64,000 nt of DNA from contig JACRNU010000019.1 of the NCBI GenBank assembly GCA_016234805.1, forward strand, positions 562 through 64,561, in the 5' to 3' direction. Positions 30,129 through 39,079 of the stretch are shown one piece after another (position 1 is the stretch's first letter; every line of letters begins with the position of its first letter). Source of the DNA: Elusimicrobiota bacterium (GTDB taxonomy: Bacteria > Elusimicrobiota > Elusimicrobia > UBA1565 > UBA9628). Position numbers and translations under genes: made by a program. Under the pieces are notes generated by a model. That model was not told the origin of the DNA. It was given only the letters and a program-made list of their open reading frames with translations, and did no database searches.

Positions 30129-31521
30129 CAATGCCGGTCACTTAAGCCGGGTGCCCGTCGTTGCGGGCATAGTTGCTCATCTTGATCTTGACGTGCCTTG
30201 GGTAGCGGCGTTCAGACCGTCTCGGGGGCAAAACAAGCTCCCGCATCTCCACGCGCATGTCGCGGATCACGCCCAATAGAACAAGTCCCGGATGAGCCTC
30301 AGCGAGCCCCGAAAGCTGATCCGGCGTGGCGGCACCCCGCAGTCTGCGGCAACAGCCTCCATTTCGTGACGCACCAAGTTGTAGGCGACGGCCAAGCCCC
30401 AAAGCTCCTGGGCGACACGCTCCGGCGTCTTCGACCGGATCGCCTCCATGCGTTCCAGCGCGTGCGTCTTGATCTCGTCGTAGCCAAGCTCCAATTCCCA
30501 TCGCTCATGGTAGAGCTCCGCAATCTCGGCTGTCGGATACTTCTCCGCGTCCAAGAGAGAGGTCAACAGCACCTGCGGCCGAAACCCCTTCCTGCGGTAG
30601 CGGACTACGCGCGCCAGGAACTTCTCCGGCAGATCAGGATGCTTGGCCCTCAGATTGCGAGGAAACTCAATCTCCACAAGGGCGTCCCCGCGTCCCAGCG
30701 ACTTCACTGCACGCCACTTCAACCCTTTTCTGCCACGCGCCAGCCAGTGCCGCTCCTCTCCGCCAGCGCGGATTTGGTGCCACAGATGGTAGTTGATGTA
30801 ATAGCGGTCCAGGACGACCAACGAATACGACGGCAAACGTTCCAACAGCAGGGTTGCCAGACCGATCTCCCCCGGCCCTGTCCGGCATCCGGCGAAGTTG
30901 AAGCCCAAGAGCAAGTGGCTGCGCAGAACCATCAGTCCGACCGCGCGGACTTGGGGATACCCTGCGGAGCGACGACTCGATCCCGGAAGCCCGAACGCCG
31001 TCCGGTTCTCCTTGGTGTCGGGCACCCGTATTCCCGTCCCATCCGCACCCAAAACCATCAGCCCGTGCCAACGGTGACGCTCCGCCGAGGCCAGCGCCCA
31101 GTGCCGTGCTGTCGTCTCGAACAGTTCCCGCACCGGCTCCGGTCCCACACGGTCTCGGGCCGGGGGGATAGCCCCTTGGCTTACGCCCTGGCGCTTGCCG
31201 TCGGGACCGGGCAAGACCAAGTCCAGCCGCCGCACGATCTCGGCAATGGGTCGGTCGCGATACAACGCCATCCCCACCACCAGCCACATCACCTGCTCCA
31301 CCGCCAACTTGCGGTTGCGAACCGTCGCGACGCCGTGCATCGTCAACGACGATTTTACCCACTCAACATCAACCTGCGATTTCAGCCCCTCGAACGACGC
31401 TGGAAGAGTGCCATCGCTCAGGGAAATGAGCGACGATGCCAGTCCCATGAGTCCCCCTTCTCGGCGCTGGGGGATATTATGTCATTTCCCGTCGGAGGAC
31501 GGGCTTAAGTGACCGGCATTG
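30129..31521 (-). mobile_element. IS4-family insertion sequence
   Basis: Perfect terminal inverted repeats CAATGCCGGTCACTTAAGCC (30129-30148) and GGCTTAAGTGACCGGCATTG (31502-31521); no target duplication seen. Confidence 0.93.
30142..31448 (-). pseudogene. IS4 DDE transposase, frameshifted near 30270
   Basis: GADGT, LDRYY and YHERWELELGYDEIK motifs; the C-terminal PRRSERRYPRHVKIKMSNY lies in another frame. Confidence 0.85.
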
Positions 31522-32333
31522 CCCCCCTCTTCGTCGAAGATGAGGTAATCGAAGGTGACGCTGGCCTTGCCGATGTCCGAGATGCAGGTGCGCACCGAGA
31601 GCAGGTCGTCGTAGCGGCTCGCGGCCAGATAGCGGCACCCGGCCTCCACCACGGGCAGGAAGAGCTTGCGCTGGACCTCGAGGTCGCGGTAGCGCACCCC
31701 GAGCGACCTCAGGAGTTCAACCCTGCCCAGCTCGAAGAACTTGAAGTAGTTGGCGTAGTAGATGACCCCCATCTTGTCCGTATCGGCGTAGGTGACGCGC
31801 ACGTTGAACTCGTGGAAGCGCACCCGGGACGCCTTGGGATGGGGCCGGGCCTCGGCCGGAGGGGACGCCGCGCGTTCGGCCTTGGACGGCGGCAGCGGCG
31901 AAGGCTGCCGTGCCGGCGGCGGAGGAGGGACCGGGAAGAACGGCTCCTCAGGCGCGCTCCCCACCGAGAGCCCGAGCACCGAGTTCAGGATGGAGATGAA
32001 CTGGTTGAGGCCCATGGGCTTGCGCACGAAGAAAGTGTTGGGGCCAGGGCGGATCCGGGAACGGATCTCGTCCGCGGAGACCACGCTCGAGAAGATGATG
32101 GGGATCTCCGCCGTGTCCGGGGAGCCGCGCAGCCTCTCGTAGACCGTGTGCCCCCCGCCTCCGGGCATCTGGTAGTCCAGGATGATGGCGTCGGGCTTGG
32201 TCTGATGCGCCTGTAGGACCCCTTGGAGGCCGTCGAAAGCCACGGAGACCCGGTACCCCACGACCTCCAAACCATCCTTGAGCGGGGCGACCAGGTTCTG
32301 GTCGTCATCCACGATGAGGATCTTCTTCGACAT
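31522..32333 (-). pseudogene. Receiver domain fused to a YbgC/FadM-type acyl-CoA thioesterase, 3'-truncated by IS4
   Basis: REC, Pro-rich linker, then VRVTYADTDKMGVIYYANYFKFFELGR; the frame runs into the IS terminal repeat. Confidence 0.8.
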
Positions 32334-32596
32334 CCTCTCCAAGATATCACTTTGCCGGCGCGGATGTCCAACAAACGCCTACAAAACAATGCCTTTTTGC
32401 TCTGAAAGTCGCCGCTCCATGATGGTTTCCACCATGGTCGCCGCCGGCAGCATTGGCGCCGAGCCCTCATGCTCCTGGATATAGGCCTTTAGACCCGGAA
32501 CACAGTAGGCCCCTTGCGCTGTCAAGGGTGGGCCCCCTGCAACTGCCCCCTCTTCCGCATACCGACTACACTTGTAATGAGGGCCAGGAGGAATCT

Positions 32597-34507
32597 ATGA
32601 ACCTGATGAACCGGACTCAGAAGATCGCGAAGGCCGTGCTGGCTGCCTTCTTGTTCGCCGCGCTCGGCACCGCGTCTTTCGCCCAGGCTCCTGGCGGAAA
32701 GCCGGTCGAGAGCCTCCCCCCCGTCGAAGGCCAGGCCAAGCCCCTCCCCGCCCTTCCGCCTCTGACCATCGAGGCCCTCAAGCCGGCCGCTGCCGTTACC
32801 GCTGCGCCCGCGGAGACCCCGGAGCACGTCAAGGCTGCCCAGGCCCTTCAGGACTACGGCCTTCCCCCTGCCATGTACATCCAGGACCCCTCCACCATCG
32901 AGGAGAAGCAGGCCTTTGTCGTGATCTACTCGGTCACCAAGAGCACGCCTTCCCCCATCGGCCGCATCCTGCTCGAGGCGCTCAACGAGACGCCCAAGGA
33001 CAAGGTCCAGAAGATCACCCACAAGAAGCTCTACATGCTCTTCCTCTCAGCCCTCGAGTACGGCAAGCGCTCAGTGGACCCCAGGTACCAGGCCAACCCG
33101 AGCCTGCTCGCCGCCTACAAGGCCAAGATCATGGACGTCATGAACGCCGAGATCCCCGGCGACACCGATTACGTGGGCCTGGGCCGCAAAGGCAAGTCCC
33201 TCCGCGAGGTGCTCAAGAACCGCGAGGACGCCCTCAAGCTCGTGGTCGAGACCCTCGACAAGCTTCCGGACGCGGAGAAGGCCAAGGTCGCTGACAAGAA
33301 GGGCTTCCTCGACAAGGTCATCAAGGAGATGGACGCCCTGCAGCTCAGCGGCAACGGCGCCGTGCTCGTGCCCGAGACCCTCGTAACCATCGTGAAGCTG
33401 ATCCCTGAGAAGGAACTTACGGCCGGGCAGTGGCAGGCGGTCTTCGACTCCTACCCCATGGGCCACAGCCTCTGGGCCGACCGCGTGGACCTGGCCTGGC
33501 GCAAGGGCATCACGGGCAAGGGCGTCACCGTGGCCATCATCGACACCGGCATCGACAAGAGCCACCCCCTCGTGGCCGGCGCGGTGACGGATTGGGAGAA
33601 CCTCACCAACCACCGCTACATCGACCGCAACGCCGTGGACGCCTCTGGCAAAAGCCTCTTCGGCGCCCCTGACAACCGCGGCGGGCACGGCACGCACATG
33701 GCCGGGGTGCTCCACTCCTTCGCACCGGACGCCAAGATCATGAGCATCAAGGCCCTCGACGAGGAGGCCCGCGACCAGATCCCCGACGAGCTTCAGAACG
33801 ACCTGCCCGCCACCATGGCGGCCATCGCCGGCAGCCTTGAAAAAGTCTACAACCACAACCGGGACGTGGCCGCGGGGACCAAGAAGGGCGACCGCATCGA
33901 CGTGGTGAGCATGAGCCTCGGCGTCCCGAAATCCAACGCCCATGCGGTCGGTCCCCAGACCGACGCCATCAGCGCGTGGGTCAAGAAGCTCCACAGCCAG
34001 GGCGTGGTCGTGGTCGTGGCCGCGGGCAACGAGGGCCAGACCAATATCTCCCGGCCCGGCTACATTCCCGAAGCCATCACGGTCGGCGCCGTGGACTACT
34101 TCAAGCGCGTGGCCGCGTTCTCCTCGGACGGCGCGGTGGCCGTGCCCGAGGCGGGCAAGATCCTCCAGAAGCCGGACGTCTTCGGCTACGGCGTGGGCGT
34201 GCGTTCGGCCAAGTACGACCCGGCCGCGGACTACTCCAAGCTCGTCACCGACCAGCTCATCGCCGCGGGCAACGGCACCTCGCCCGCGGCCCCGCACGTG
34301 GCCGCGGTGACGGCCATGCTCATCCAGTCCGGCCGGCAGATGGGCATCGAGCTCGGCCCGGAGCAGATCCGTACCATCCTAAAGGAAAGCTCCACGGCCA
34401 CGGCCAACGGCAACCCCTACGCCGGCGGCATGGGCGGGGTGGTCAGCGCCTCCCGGGCCCTGGACTACCTGCAGAAGAACCTGTCGAAGTTCAAGAAGAA
34501 GAGCTGA
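32597..34507 (+). CDS. Secreted S8 subtilisin-like serine protease
   Basis: AGGAGG RBS, signal peptide, triad IIDTG / HGTHMAG / GTSPAAPHVA, oxyanion AAGN. Confidence 0.93.
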   Translation: MNLMNRTQKIAKAVLAAFLFAALGTASFAQAPGGKPVESLPPVEGQAKPLPALPPLTIEALKPAAAVTAAPAETPEHVKAAQALQDYGLPPAMYIQDPSTIEEKQAFVVIYSVTKSTPSPIGRILLEALNETPKDKVQKITHKKLYMLFLSALEYGKRSVDPRYQANPSLLAAYKAKIMDVMNAEIPGDTDYVGLGRKGKSLREVLKNREDALKLVVETLDKLPDAEKAKVADKKGFLDKVIKEMDALQLSGNGAVLVPETLVTIVKLIPEKELTAGQWQAVFDSYPMGHSLWADRVDLAWRKGITGKGVTVAIIDTGIDKSHPLVAGAVTDWENLTNHRYIDRNAVDASGKSLFGAPDNRGGHGTHMAGVLHSFAPDAKIMSIKALDEEARDQIPDELQNDLPATMAAIAGSLEKVYNHNRDVAAGTKKGDRIDVVSMSLGVPKSNAHAVGPQTDAISAWVKKLHSQGVVVVVAAGNEGQTNISRPGYIPEAITVGAVDYFKRVAAFSSDGAVAVPEAGKILQKPDVFGYGVGVRSAKYDPAADYSKLVTDQLIAAGNGTSPAAPHVAAVTAMLIQSGRQMGIELGPEQIRTILKESSTATANGNPYAGGMGGVVSASRALDYLQKNLSKFKKKS

Positions 34508-34531
34508 GACAGATACCGATCCGCGTCGATA

Positions 34532-34559
34532 GCGCCCCCCGCCGCCAGGCGGGGGGCGC
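34532..34559. terminator. GC-rich hairpin between convergent genes
   Basis: GCGCCCCCCGCC-GCCA-GGCGGGGGGCGC. Confidence 0.7.
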
Positions 34560-34564
34560 CGCGC

Positions 34565-35761
34565 TTATAGGTGGATCCTGCAGGCCACAGGGTCCGGAGC
34601 GTTGAAGCTGCCTGCCAGCATCCTGGCCCGGACCCGGCAGCCTCCGCGGCAGGCGGAGAAGGCCGCGCAGGCGCGGCAGGCCGCGAGCCCGGCCCAATCC
34701 AAACGGCTCACCACGGACCCTTCAGGGCCGGCCCGGAGGATCTGCGCCAGCGAGGATTGGCCGAGGTCGCCAAGGGGCTCGCGGAGGTTCTGGAAGTAAT
34801 GGCAGGCGAAGACCTGCCCGTCCGCGGCCACGAAGCACTGCTCGACGCCTGCCGCGCAGTCGAAGCCGGACGCGGGCAGGCCGCCCCGGGAGCGCCTGAT
34901 CGAGTCATCCTCGAGCATCCCGGCCTTGGCCAGGCTCTTGAGCGCCGCGTCCTCCAGGCCGAACCTGCCGCCCGCGGACTCGCCTCTGCCGATGGGCATG
35001 ACAGCCGAGAACCTCACCCCGGAAACGCCGAGGTCCTGCCGGCAGAACCTCGCGAAGTCAGCGGCTGAAGACGCGTTCTCCCGCGTGACCATGGAGGTGA
35101 CGAACACCCGCAGTCCTTGGGAGACCAGCGCACGGACCCCGGCCACGGCAGCCGCGAAGGCTCCCGCGCCCCGCAGTCCGTCGTGGTGCTTTTCGAAGGA
35201 GTCCAGGCTCACCACCACCTTGGCCGTACCCGCTTGCGCGAGGAGGCCGGCGATGCCTGGGTCCATGAGCGTGGCATTGGTCATCACCACCACCCTCATG
35301 CCGGCTGAGCGCGCGTCCCTCACAGCGCGGCTGAACAGCGGGTTGAGGAGCGGCTCCCCCCCGTTGAAGACCACGGAGACCGCGCCCAGGCTGCGGCCGC
35401 CCTCCAGGGCAGCCTCCAGGACCCCGGCGGACATGTGCCTGCCGGAGAGTTCGGCAAAGCAATGCCCGCAGGAGAGGTTGCACGCGCCCGAGAGTTCGAG
35501 CTCGAGGGTGGAGAGCAGGCCGGCATCCCTCACCGAGAGGTCTTCCTGTCCGCCAGGCCCGGAAACGACTAGGCCGCGGGCGGAAAGCTTGTCATGGATG
35601 AGCTTCTCCTGGCCGGTCAGGTCCTCCACCCGCTCCCTCGCCAGCAGGGCCTTGAGGGTCTCCAGGGCCTCCTGGTTCATCCTGACCTTATAAGAGCTCT
35701 TGAGGTGGTGCAGCCAATACCCCTCCCGGCTCCGCTTGACGACGCAGTCCTTCAGCCTCAT
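34565..35761 (-). CDS. Radical SAM/SPASM peptide maturase with putative N-terminal RRE (PqqD-like) domain
   Basis: CNLSCGHC, GGEPLL, and SPASM CAAG...GQVFAC...CRACAAFSACRGGC...C; ~70-aa N-terminal extension ending LSARGLV. Confidence 0.88.
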   Translation of the reverse strand: MRLKDCVVKRSREGYWLHHLKSSYKVRMNQEALETLKALLARERVEDLTGQEKLIHDKLSARGLVVSGPGGQEDLSVRDAGLLSTLELELSGACNLSCGHCFAELSGRHMSAGVLEAALEGGRSLGAVSVVFNGGEPLLNPLFSRAVRDARSAGMRVVVMTNATLMDPGIAGLLAQAGTAKVVVSLDSFEKHHDGLRGAGAFAAAVAGVRALVSQGLRVFVTSMVTRENASSAADFARFCRQDLGVSGVRFSAVMPIGRGESAGGRFGLEDAALKSLAKAGMLEDDSIRRSRGGLPASGFDCAAGVEQCFVAADGQVFACHYFQNLREPLGDLGQSSLAQILRAGPEGSVVSRLDWAGLAACRACAAFSACRGGCRVRARMLAGSFNAPDPVACRIHL

Positions 35762-35773
35762 CCTCGCATCTGA

Positions 35774-35845
35774 TCAAAGAGGAGCCCCGCGGCCGCGGTC
35801 CGGAACTGCTCCGGAGCGCGGCGCGCGGGGCCGTCTACCTCTTGA
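35774..35845 (-). other. Long intergenic RNA stem-loop between the peptide gene and the rSAM gene
   Basis: Nested complementary arms TCAAGAGG/CCTCTTTGA, GCCCCGCG/CGCGGGGC, GCCGCG/CGCGGC and TCCGGA/TCCGGA. Confidence 0.75.
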
Positions 35846-35851
35846 GCTAAT

Positions 35852-35926
35852 CTACTTCTCGCAGGGTTCGCAATGCGCCTTGTCCGTGAACTCGACCGTC
35901 CGGTCGTCGCACTCTTCGAAGATCAT
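35852..35926 (-). CDS. Putative RiPP precursor peptide MIFEECDDRTVEFTDKAHCEPCEK (24 aa)
   Basis: Read by hand (below the ORF-track cutoff); GGGGG RBS 6 nt upstream, GC3-rich codons, directly upstream of the rSAM gene; alternative in-frame ATG at 35941. Confidence 0.75.
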   Translation of the reverse strand: MIFEECDDRTVEFTDKAHCEPCEK

Positions 35927-35977
35927 CACGTACCCCCACATTATGGAATGTCCGACCTAACAACCCTATACATTTTG

Positions 35978-36005
35978 ATTGTATCACAAAACCGCGGCGA
36001 TGCAA
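35978..36005 (-). promoter_or_regulatory. Sigma70-type promoter for the peptide-rSAM unit
   Basis: TTGCAT-16-TACAAT with an extended -10 TG, in an AT-rich intergenic region. Confidence 0.6.
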
Positions 36006-36064
36006 CAAGGTATTTCATCCTTCAATATCGCCCCAGACCGGCCTGCGACTGCCGCGTCATCTCC

Positions 36065-37432
36065 TCATCCAGCGGCGACCGCGGCCGAATAGCCGAGCCC
36101 CTCGACAGCCTCCAGGAGGCGCTTGATATCGACCTTGCCTCCGCGCACCACGGCCTTGCCGGCGGCGAGGTCCACCTCGGCCGACTCCACTCCCTCGCAC
36201 TCCGAGAGGGCCCTGCGTACGCTCGCGGTGCAATGGCCGCAGGTCATGCCCGTGACCTTCAGGATGACCGAGTCCCGGCTGTCACCGCCATCCCCGAAGG
36301 ACAGCCGGGACGCTCGGCCTCCGGCCTTGACCGCGTCCCGATCCGCCGATGTCCCTCCTGAGTTTTCCGGCATCACCTTGAGCCTCCGCAGCCACCCGGG
36401 GACAACGGCCGCGCCCAGGACCGCCAGGAGCGCCACGCCGCTGAGCGTCTCCCAGGAGCCGCTCCCGGAGTGATGCAGGTGCTCGGCCATGGACACGCGC
36501 AGGTCCGGGAGGACCATGTCCAGCGCCCACCCGGACAGAAGAGAGACGACCGCGATCGCGGCAAGGTAGACCCAGGCGGTCCTTTTCCCCATGGTCTTCC
36601 AGACCATGGCGACCGTGGCCGCGTTCGTCGCCGGGCCGGTCATCAGGAAGACGAACGCCGCTCCCGGGGACACGCCCTTGGCGACCAGGGCCGCGGCGAT
36701 GGGCACCGAGGCGGTCGCGCAGACATAGGTCGGTATGCCGATGGCCATCATGACCAGCATGCTCGCGAAGTCCGCCCAGCCCGGTCCCAGCGCGTCCGAG
36801 AGAGGGCCCAAAAGCTTGTGGAAGAAGCGGGGAGGGAGCAAGGCCGAGATGAGCCCCGCGATCGCCAGCCCGACCAGCATGGCCGAGCCGATGTCCCTCG
36901 GCAGGGCGACGAAGCCGTAGTGGAGGGCGTCCCGGACTCCGCCCCGCATCCACGAGGAAGAGGCGCCGGCCTTCCTTCCCGCGGGAGCAGGCGGCCGTTT
37001 CCCGTCCCCCTGCTTGTCTTCCAGCAGGTCCACGGCCATCCCCCCCGCGATGCCGCTGATAAAAGCCGCCAGCACGCGGAATACGGTGAACACCGGGCCG
37101 AGGAAGCTGTAGGTCACGAGGATGCTGTCCACGCCGGTCTGGGGAGTGGAGATGAGGAAGGATATCGTCGCCCCCCTGCTGGCGCCATGGCTCCTTAGGG
37201 AAGCAGCCACCGGTATGACCCCGCACGAGCACAGCGGAAGGGGCACGCCGAACAGCGAGGCCTTGACCACGGCCCACCACGGCCGCTGCGCCCCGCCAAG
37301 GTGCCTCTCCACCGCATCGGGCGAGACGAGCACGGAGAGGACCCCGGCCACCGCGAACCCGAAGAGGAGGTAGGGCGCCATCAGCGAGAGGGAGGACCAG
37401 AAGCCCCAAGCGACGCCGCCCAAAGCCTCCAT
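36065..37432 (-). CDS. DUF318/SO_0444-type metal permease with C-terminal HMA domain
   Basis: PLPLCSCGVIP, TPQTGVDS, YVCATASVP and GPATN; C-terminal GMTCGHC. Confidence 0.9.
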   Translation of the reverse strand: MEALGGVAWGFWSSLSLMAPYLLFGFAVAGVLSVLVSPDAVERHLGGAQRPWWAVVKASLFGVPLPLCSCGVIPVAASLRSHGASRGATISFLISTPQTGVDSILVTYSFLGPVFTVFRVLAAFISGIAGGMAVDLLEDKQGDGKRPPAPAGRKAGASSSWMRGGVRDALHYGFVALPRDIGSAMLVGLAIAGLISALLPPRFFHKLLGPLSDALGPGWADFASMLVMMAIGIPTYVCATASVPIAAALVAKGVSPGAAFVFLMTGPATNAATVAMVWKTMGKRTAWVYLAAIAVVSLLSGWALDMVLPDLRVSMAEHLHHSGSGSWETLSGVALLAVLGAAVVPGWLRRLKVMPENSGGTSADRDAVKAGGRASRLSFGDGGDSRDSVILKVTGMTCGHCTASVRRALSECEGVESAEVDLAAGKAVVRGGKVDIKRLLEAVEGLGYSAAVAAG

Positions 37433-37482
37433 CAGAGTCCCTCTGCCACGCAGAGCCGTTCCTTGGCCGCGGCGGTCCGCAT

Positions 37483-37755
37483 TCAGTCCTCCCAACTCCC
37501 GAGCAGGTTCTTGATCTCCCCCATCTTGGTCTCGATCTGGGCCTTATCCCGGGACTGGATGGCGGTCGTCACGCAGGTGCGCAGATGGCCGTCGAGGATC
37601 TCGATGCCGACCCGCTTCAAGGCCGCGCGGACCGCCTTGATCTGCTGGGCGATGTCGATGCAGTAGCGGCCCTCATCCACCATCTTCCTGATGCCCCGGA
37701 CCTGCCCCTCGATGCGGTTGAGCCTTTTTACGCGATCCCGATCCCCGTGTTCCAT
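37483..37755 (-). CDS. csoR: CsoR/RcnR family metal-sensing repressor
   Basis: RLNRIEGQVRGI, RYCIDI and GHLRTCV (Cys-His-Cys ligand set). Confidence 0.9.
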   Translation of the reverse strand: MEHGDRDRVKRLNRIEGQVRGIRKMVDEGRYCIDIAQQIKAVRAALKRVGIEILDGHLRTCVTTAIQSRDKAQIETKMGEIKNLLGSWED

Positions 37756-37789
37756 GAGTTGTCCTCTGCTCCCCTCGCGGCCGCCTCAT

Positions 37790-37820
37790 ATACTATACCA
37801 TAGTATAGTATGTTAGTCAA
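37790..37820 (-). promoter_or_regulatory. csoR promoter with an overlapping palindromic operator
   Basis: TTGACT-17-TATAGT; inverted repeat ATACTATAC-CATA-GTATAGTAT at 37790-37811. Confidence 0.8.
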
Positions 37821-37827
37821 GGCCCCA

Positions 37828-38448
37828 TCATGGCTTGAACCCCTCATAGAAGCAGACGACCCTCATGGTACGCCCTTCAGGACGCACATCCCGCAGACCG
37901 ACCCGGCGAAGCAAGTCCAGGAGGTCCTCCTCGGTCGCCAGATTTTCGAGAAGGGAGAGCGCCTCCAGCAGCCAACGGACAGGGCCTCCTCCCGAGACCA
38001 CGAGGTCCGCCAGCACGAGCCTGCCGCCGGGCTTGAGCACGCGGCCGCATTCCCGAAGCGCGGCCTCCCGCTCCTCGGCCGGCACATGGTGGAAGGCCAG
38101 GGTGGACACCACCACGTCGAAACAGGCGTCCTCGAACGGCAAGCGGCCCATGGAAGCCAGCTCAAGCCGCGGCCGAAGCCCCTTGCGGCCCAGCTTGTCC
38201 GAGGCGATGGCCAGGGCCAGGGCATCGGGGTCCGCTCCGACCGCGTCCAGCCCGGGATGGGCCTCCAACAGGACCTCCAGCAACGCCGCGGTGCCGCAGC
38301 CCGCGTCCAGGAGGCGCTCCCGGCCCGTCAAGCCCAAGCGCCGCAGGATGTCCTTGCGAAAGCCCCGGCCGAGCCCTATCGCCGAACAGAGGGCGTCATA
38401 GAACGGAGTCAGCGCGTGCAGATGCGCCGGCGGGACATGACCGCTCAT
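37828..38448 (-). CDS. Class I SAM-dependent methyltransferase
   Basis: LTPFYD, LLDAGCGT, LPFEDACFDVV and VLKPGG. Confidence 0.88.
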   Translation of the reverse strand: MSGHVPPAHLHALTPFYDALCSAIGLGRGFRKDILRRLGLTGRERLLDAGCGTAALLEVLLEAHPGLDAVGADPDALALAIASDKLGRKGLRPRLELASMGRLPFEDACFDVVVSTLAFHHVPAEEREAALRECGRVLKPGGRLVLADLVVSGGGPVRWLLEALSLLENLATEEDLLDLLRRVGLRDVRPEGRTMRVVCFYEGFKP

Positions 38449-38466
38449 GGCCGGAGCCGTGGGGCC

Positions 38467-38895
38467 TTATTGTTTCTCCAGGTTCATCCCGCATTTTGGG
38501 CACCGGCCATCCTTGGTCTTGGGACCCTTGTAACAGCCCATGGAGCAGACATAGACGTCTTCCTTCGTCTGCCCCTGCGCCGCCTGCGCCTTCTTCTGGC
38601 CGGGCGCGGCCTTCTGGCCGCAATGCGCGCAGCCGGCTTCCTTCATGCCCATGTGCGCTGCCGCGACCTGTATCATCTTGACCGCGCCGGGATCCTTGGC
38701 CGTGATGTTGATGACGACCCCGTCCTTGGTGTTGGTCACCTTGACCTCCGCCCCCTCGACATGCGCCGGGCACGTCATCGCATGGCCCCCGCCATGCGCC
38801 TCATGCCCCGGCGCCGCCGACGCTCCCCCCATGCGGGCGAAGAACAGCGACACCGCTCCTGCCGCGAACAGGGCTGCGACGAGCTTCTTGTTCAT
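38467..38895 (-). CDS. Exported protein with a variant heavy-metal-binding domain
   Basis: Signal peptide, His/Met-rich, CAHC, C-terminal YVCSMGCYKGPKTKDGRCPKCGMNLEK. Confidence 0.75.
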   Translation of the reverse strand: MNKKLVAALFAAGAVSLFFARMGGASAAPGHEAHGGGHAMTCPAHVEGAEVKVTNTKDGVVINITAKDPGAVKMIQVAAAHMGMKEAGCAHCGQKAAPGQKKAQAAQGQTKEDVYVCSMGCYKGPKTKDGRCPKCGMNLEKQ

Positions 38896-38899
38896 GTGT

Positions 38900-39079
38900 T
38901 CATGACCTCCCTGTCGGTTCCAGGCGTTCCGGGCGGCAAAGCCGCCCAGAGTCCGAGGCCGACCTTCCGCACTCTGCGCACACCCAGCGCGCCTTGCGGG
39001 CAACGGCGATGAGCTCGGCCAGACCGGGCTTCCTGCCCATGAGTTCGCACATGTGCTCGATCTTCTCCTGCTTCTTCAT
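38900..39079 (-). CDS. Small Cys-rich protein (59 aa, absent from the ORF track)
   Basis: MKKQEKIEHMCELMGRKPGLAELIAVARKARWVCAECGRSASDSGRLCRPERLEPTGRS; GGAGG RBS; fills the operon gap exactly. Confidence 0.75.
   Translation of the reverse strand: MKKQEKIEHMCELMGRKPGLAELIAVARKARWVCAECGRSASDSGRLCRPERLEPTGRS

Noticed and set aside
35774..35854. Pyrrolysine/selenocysteine readthrough of the peptide TAG followed by a hairpin
   Set aside because: Readthrough gives low-complexity Arg/Pro/Gly sequence and does not fuse to the rSAM frame; the hairpin is better explained as an mRNA stability/attenuation element
38892..38903. Mini-ORF ATG-AAC-ACA-TGA as a regulatory uORF
   Set aside because: Looks like a short ATGAACA duplication; SD spacing favours the downstream ATG at 38895
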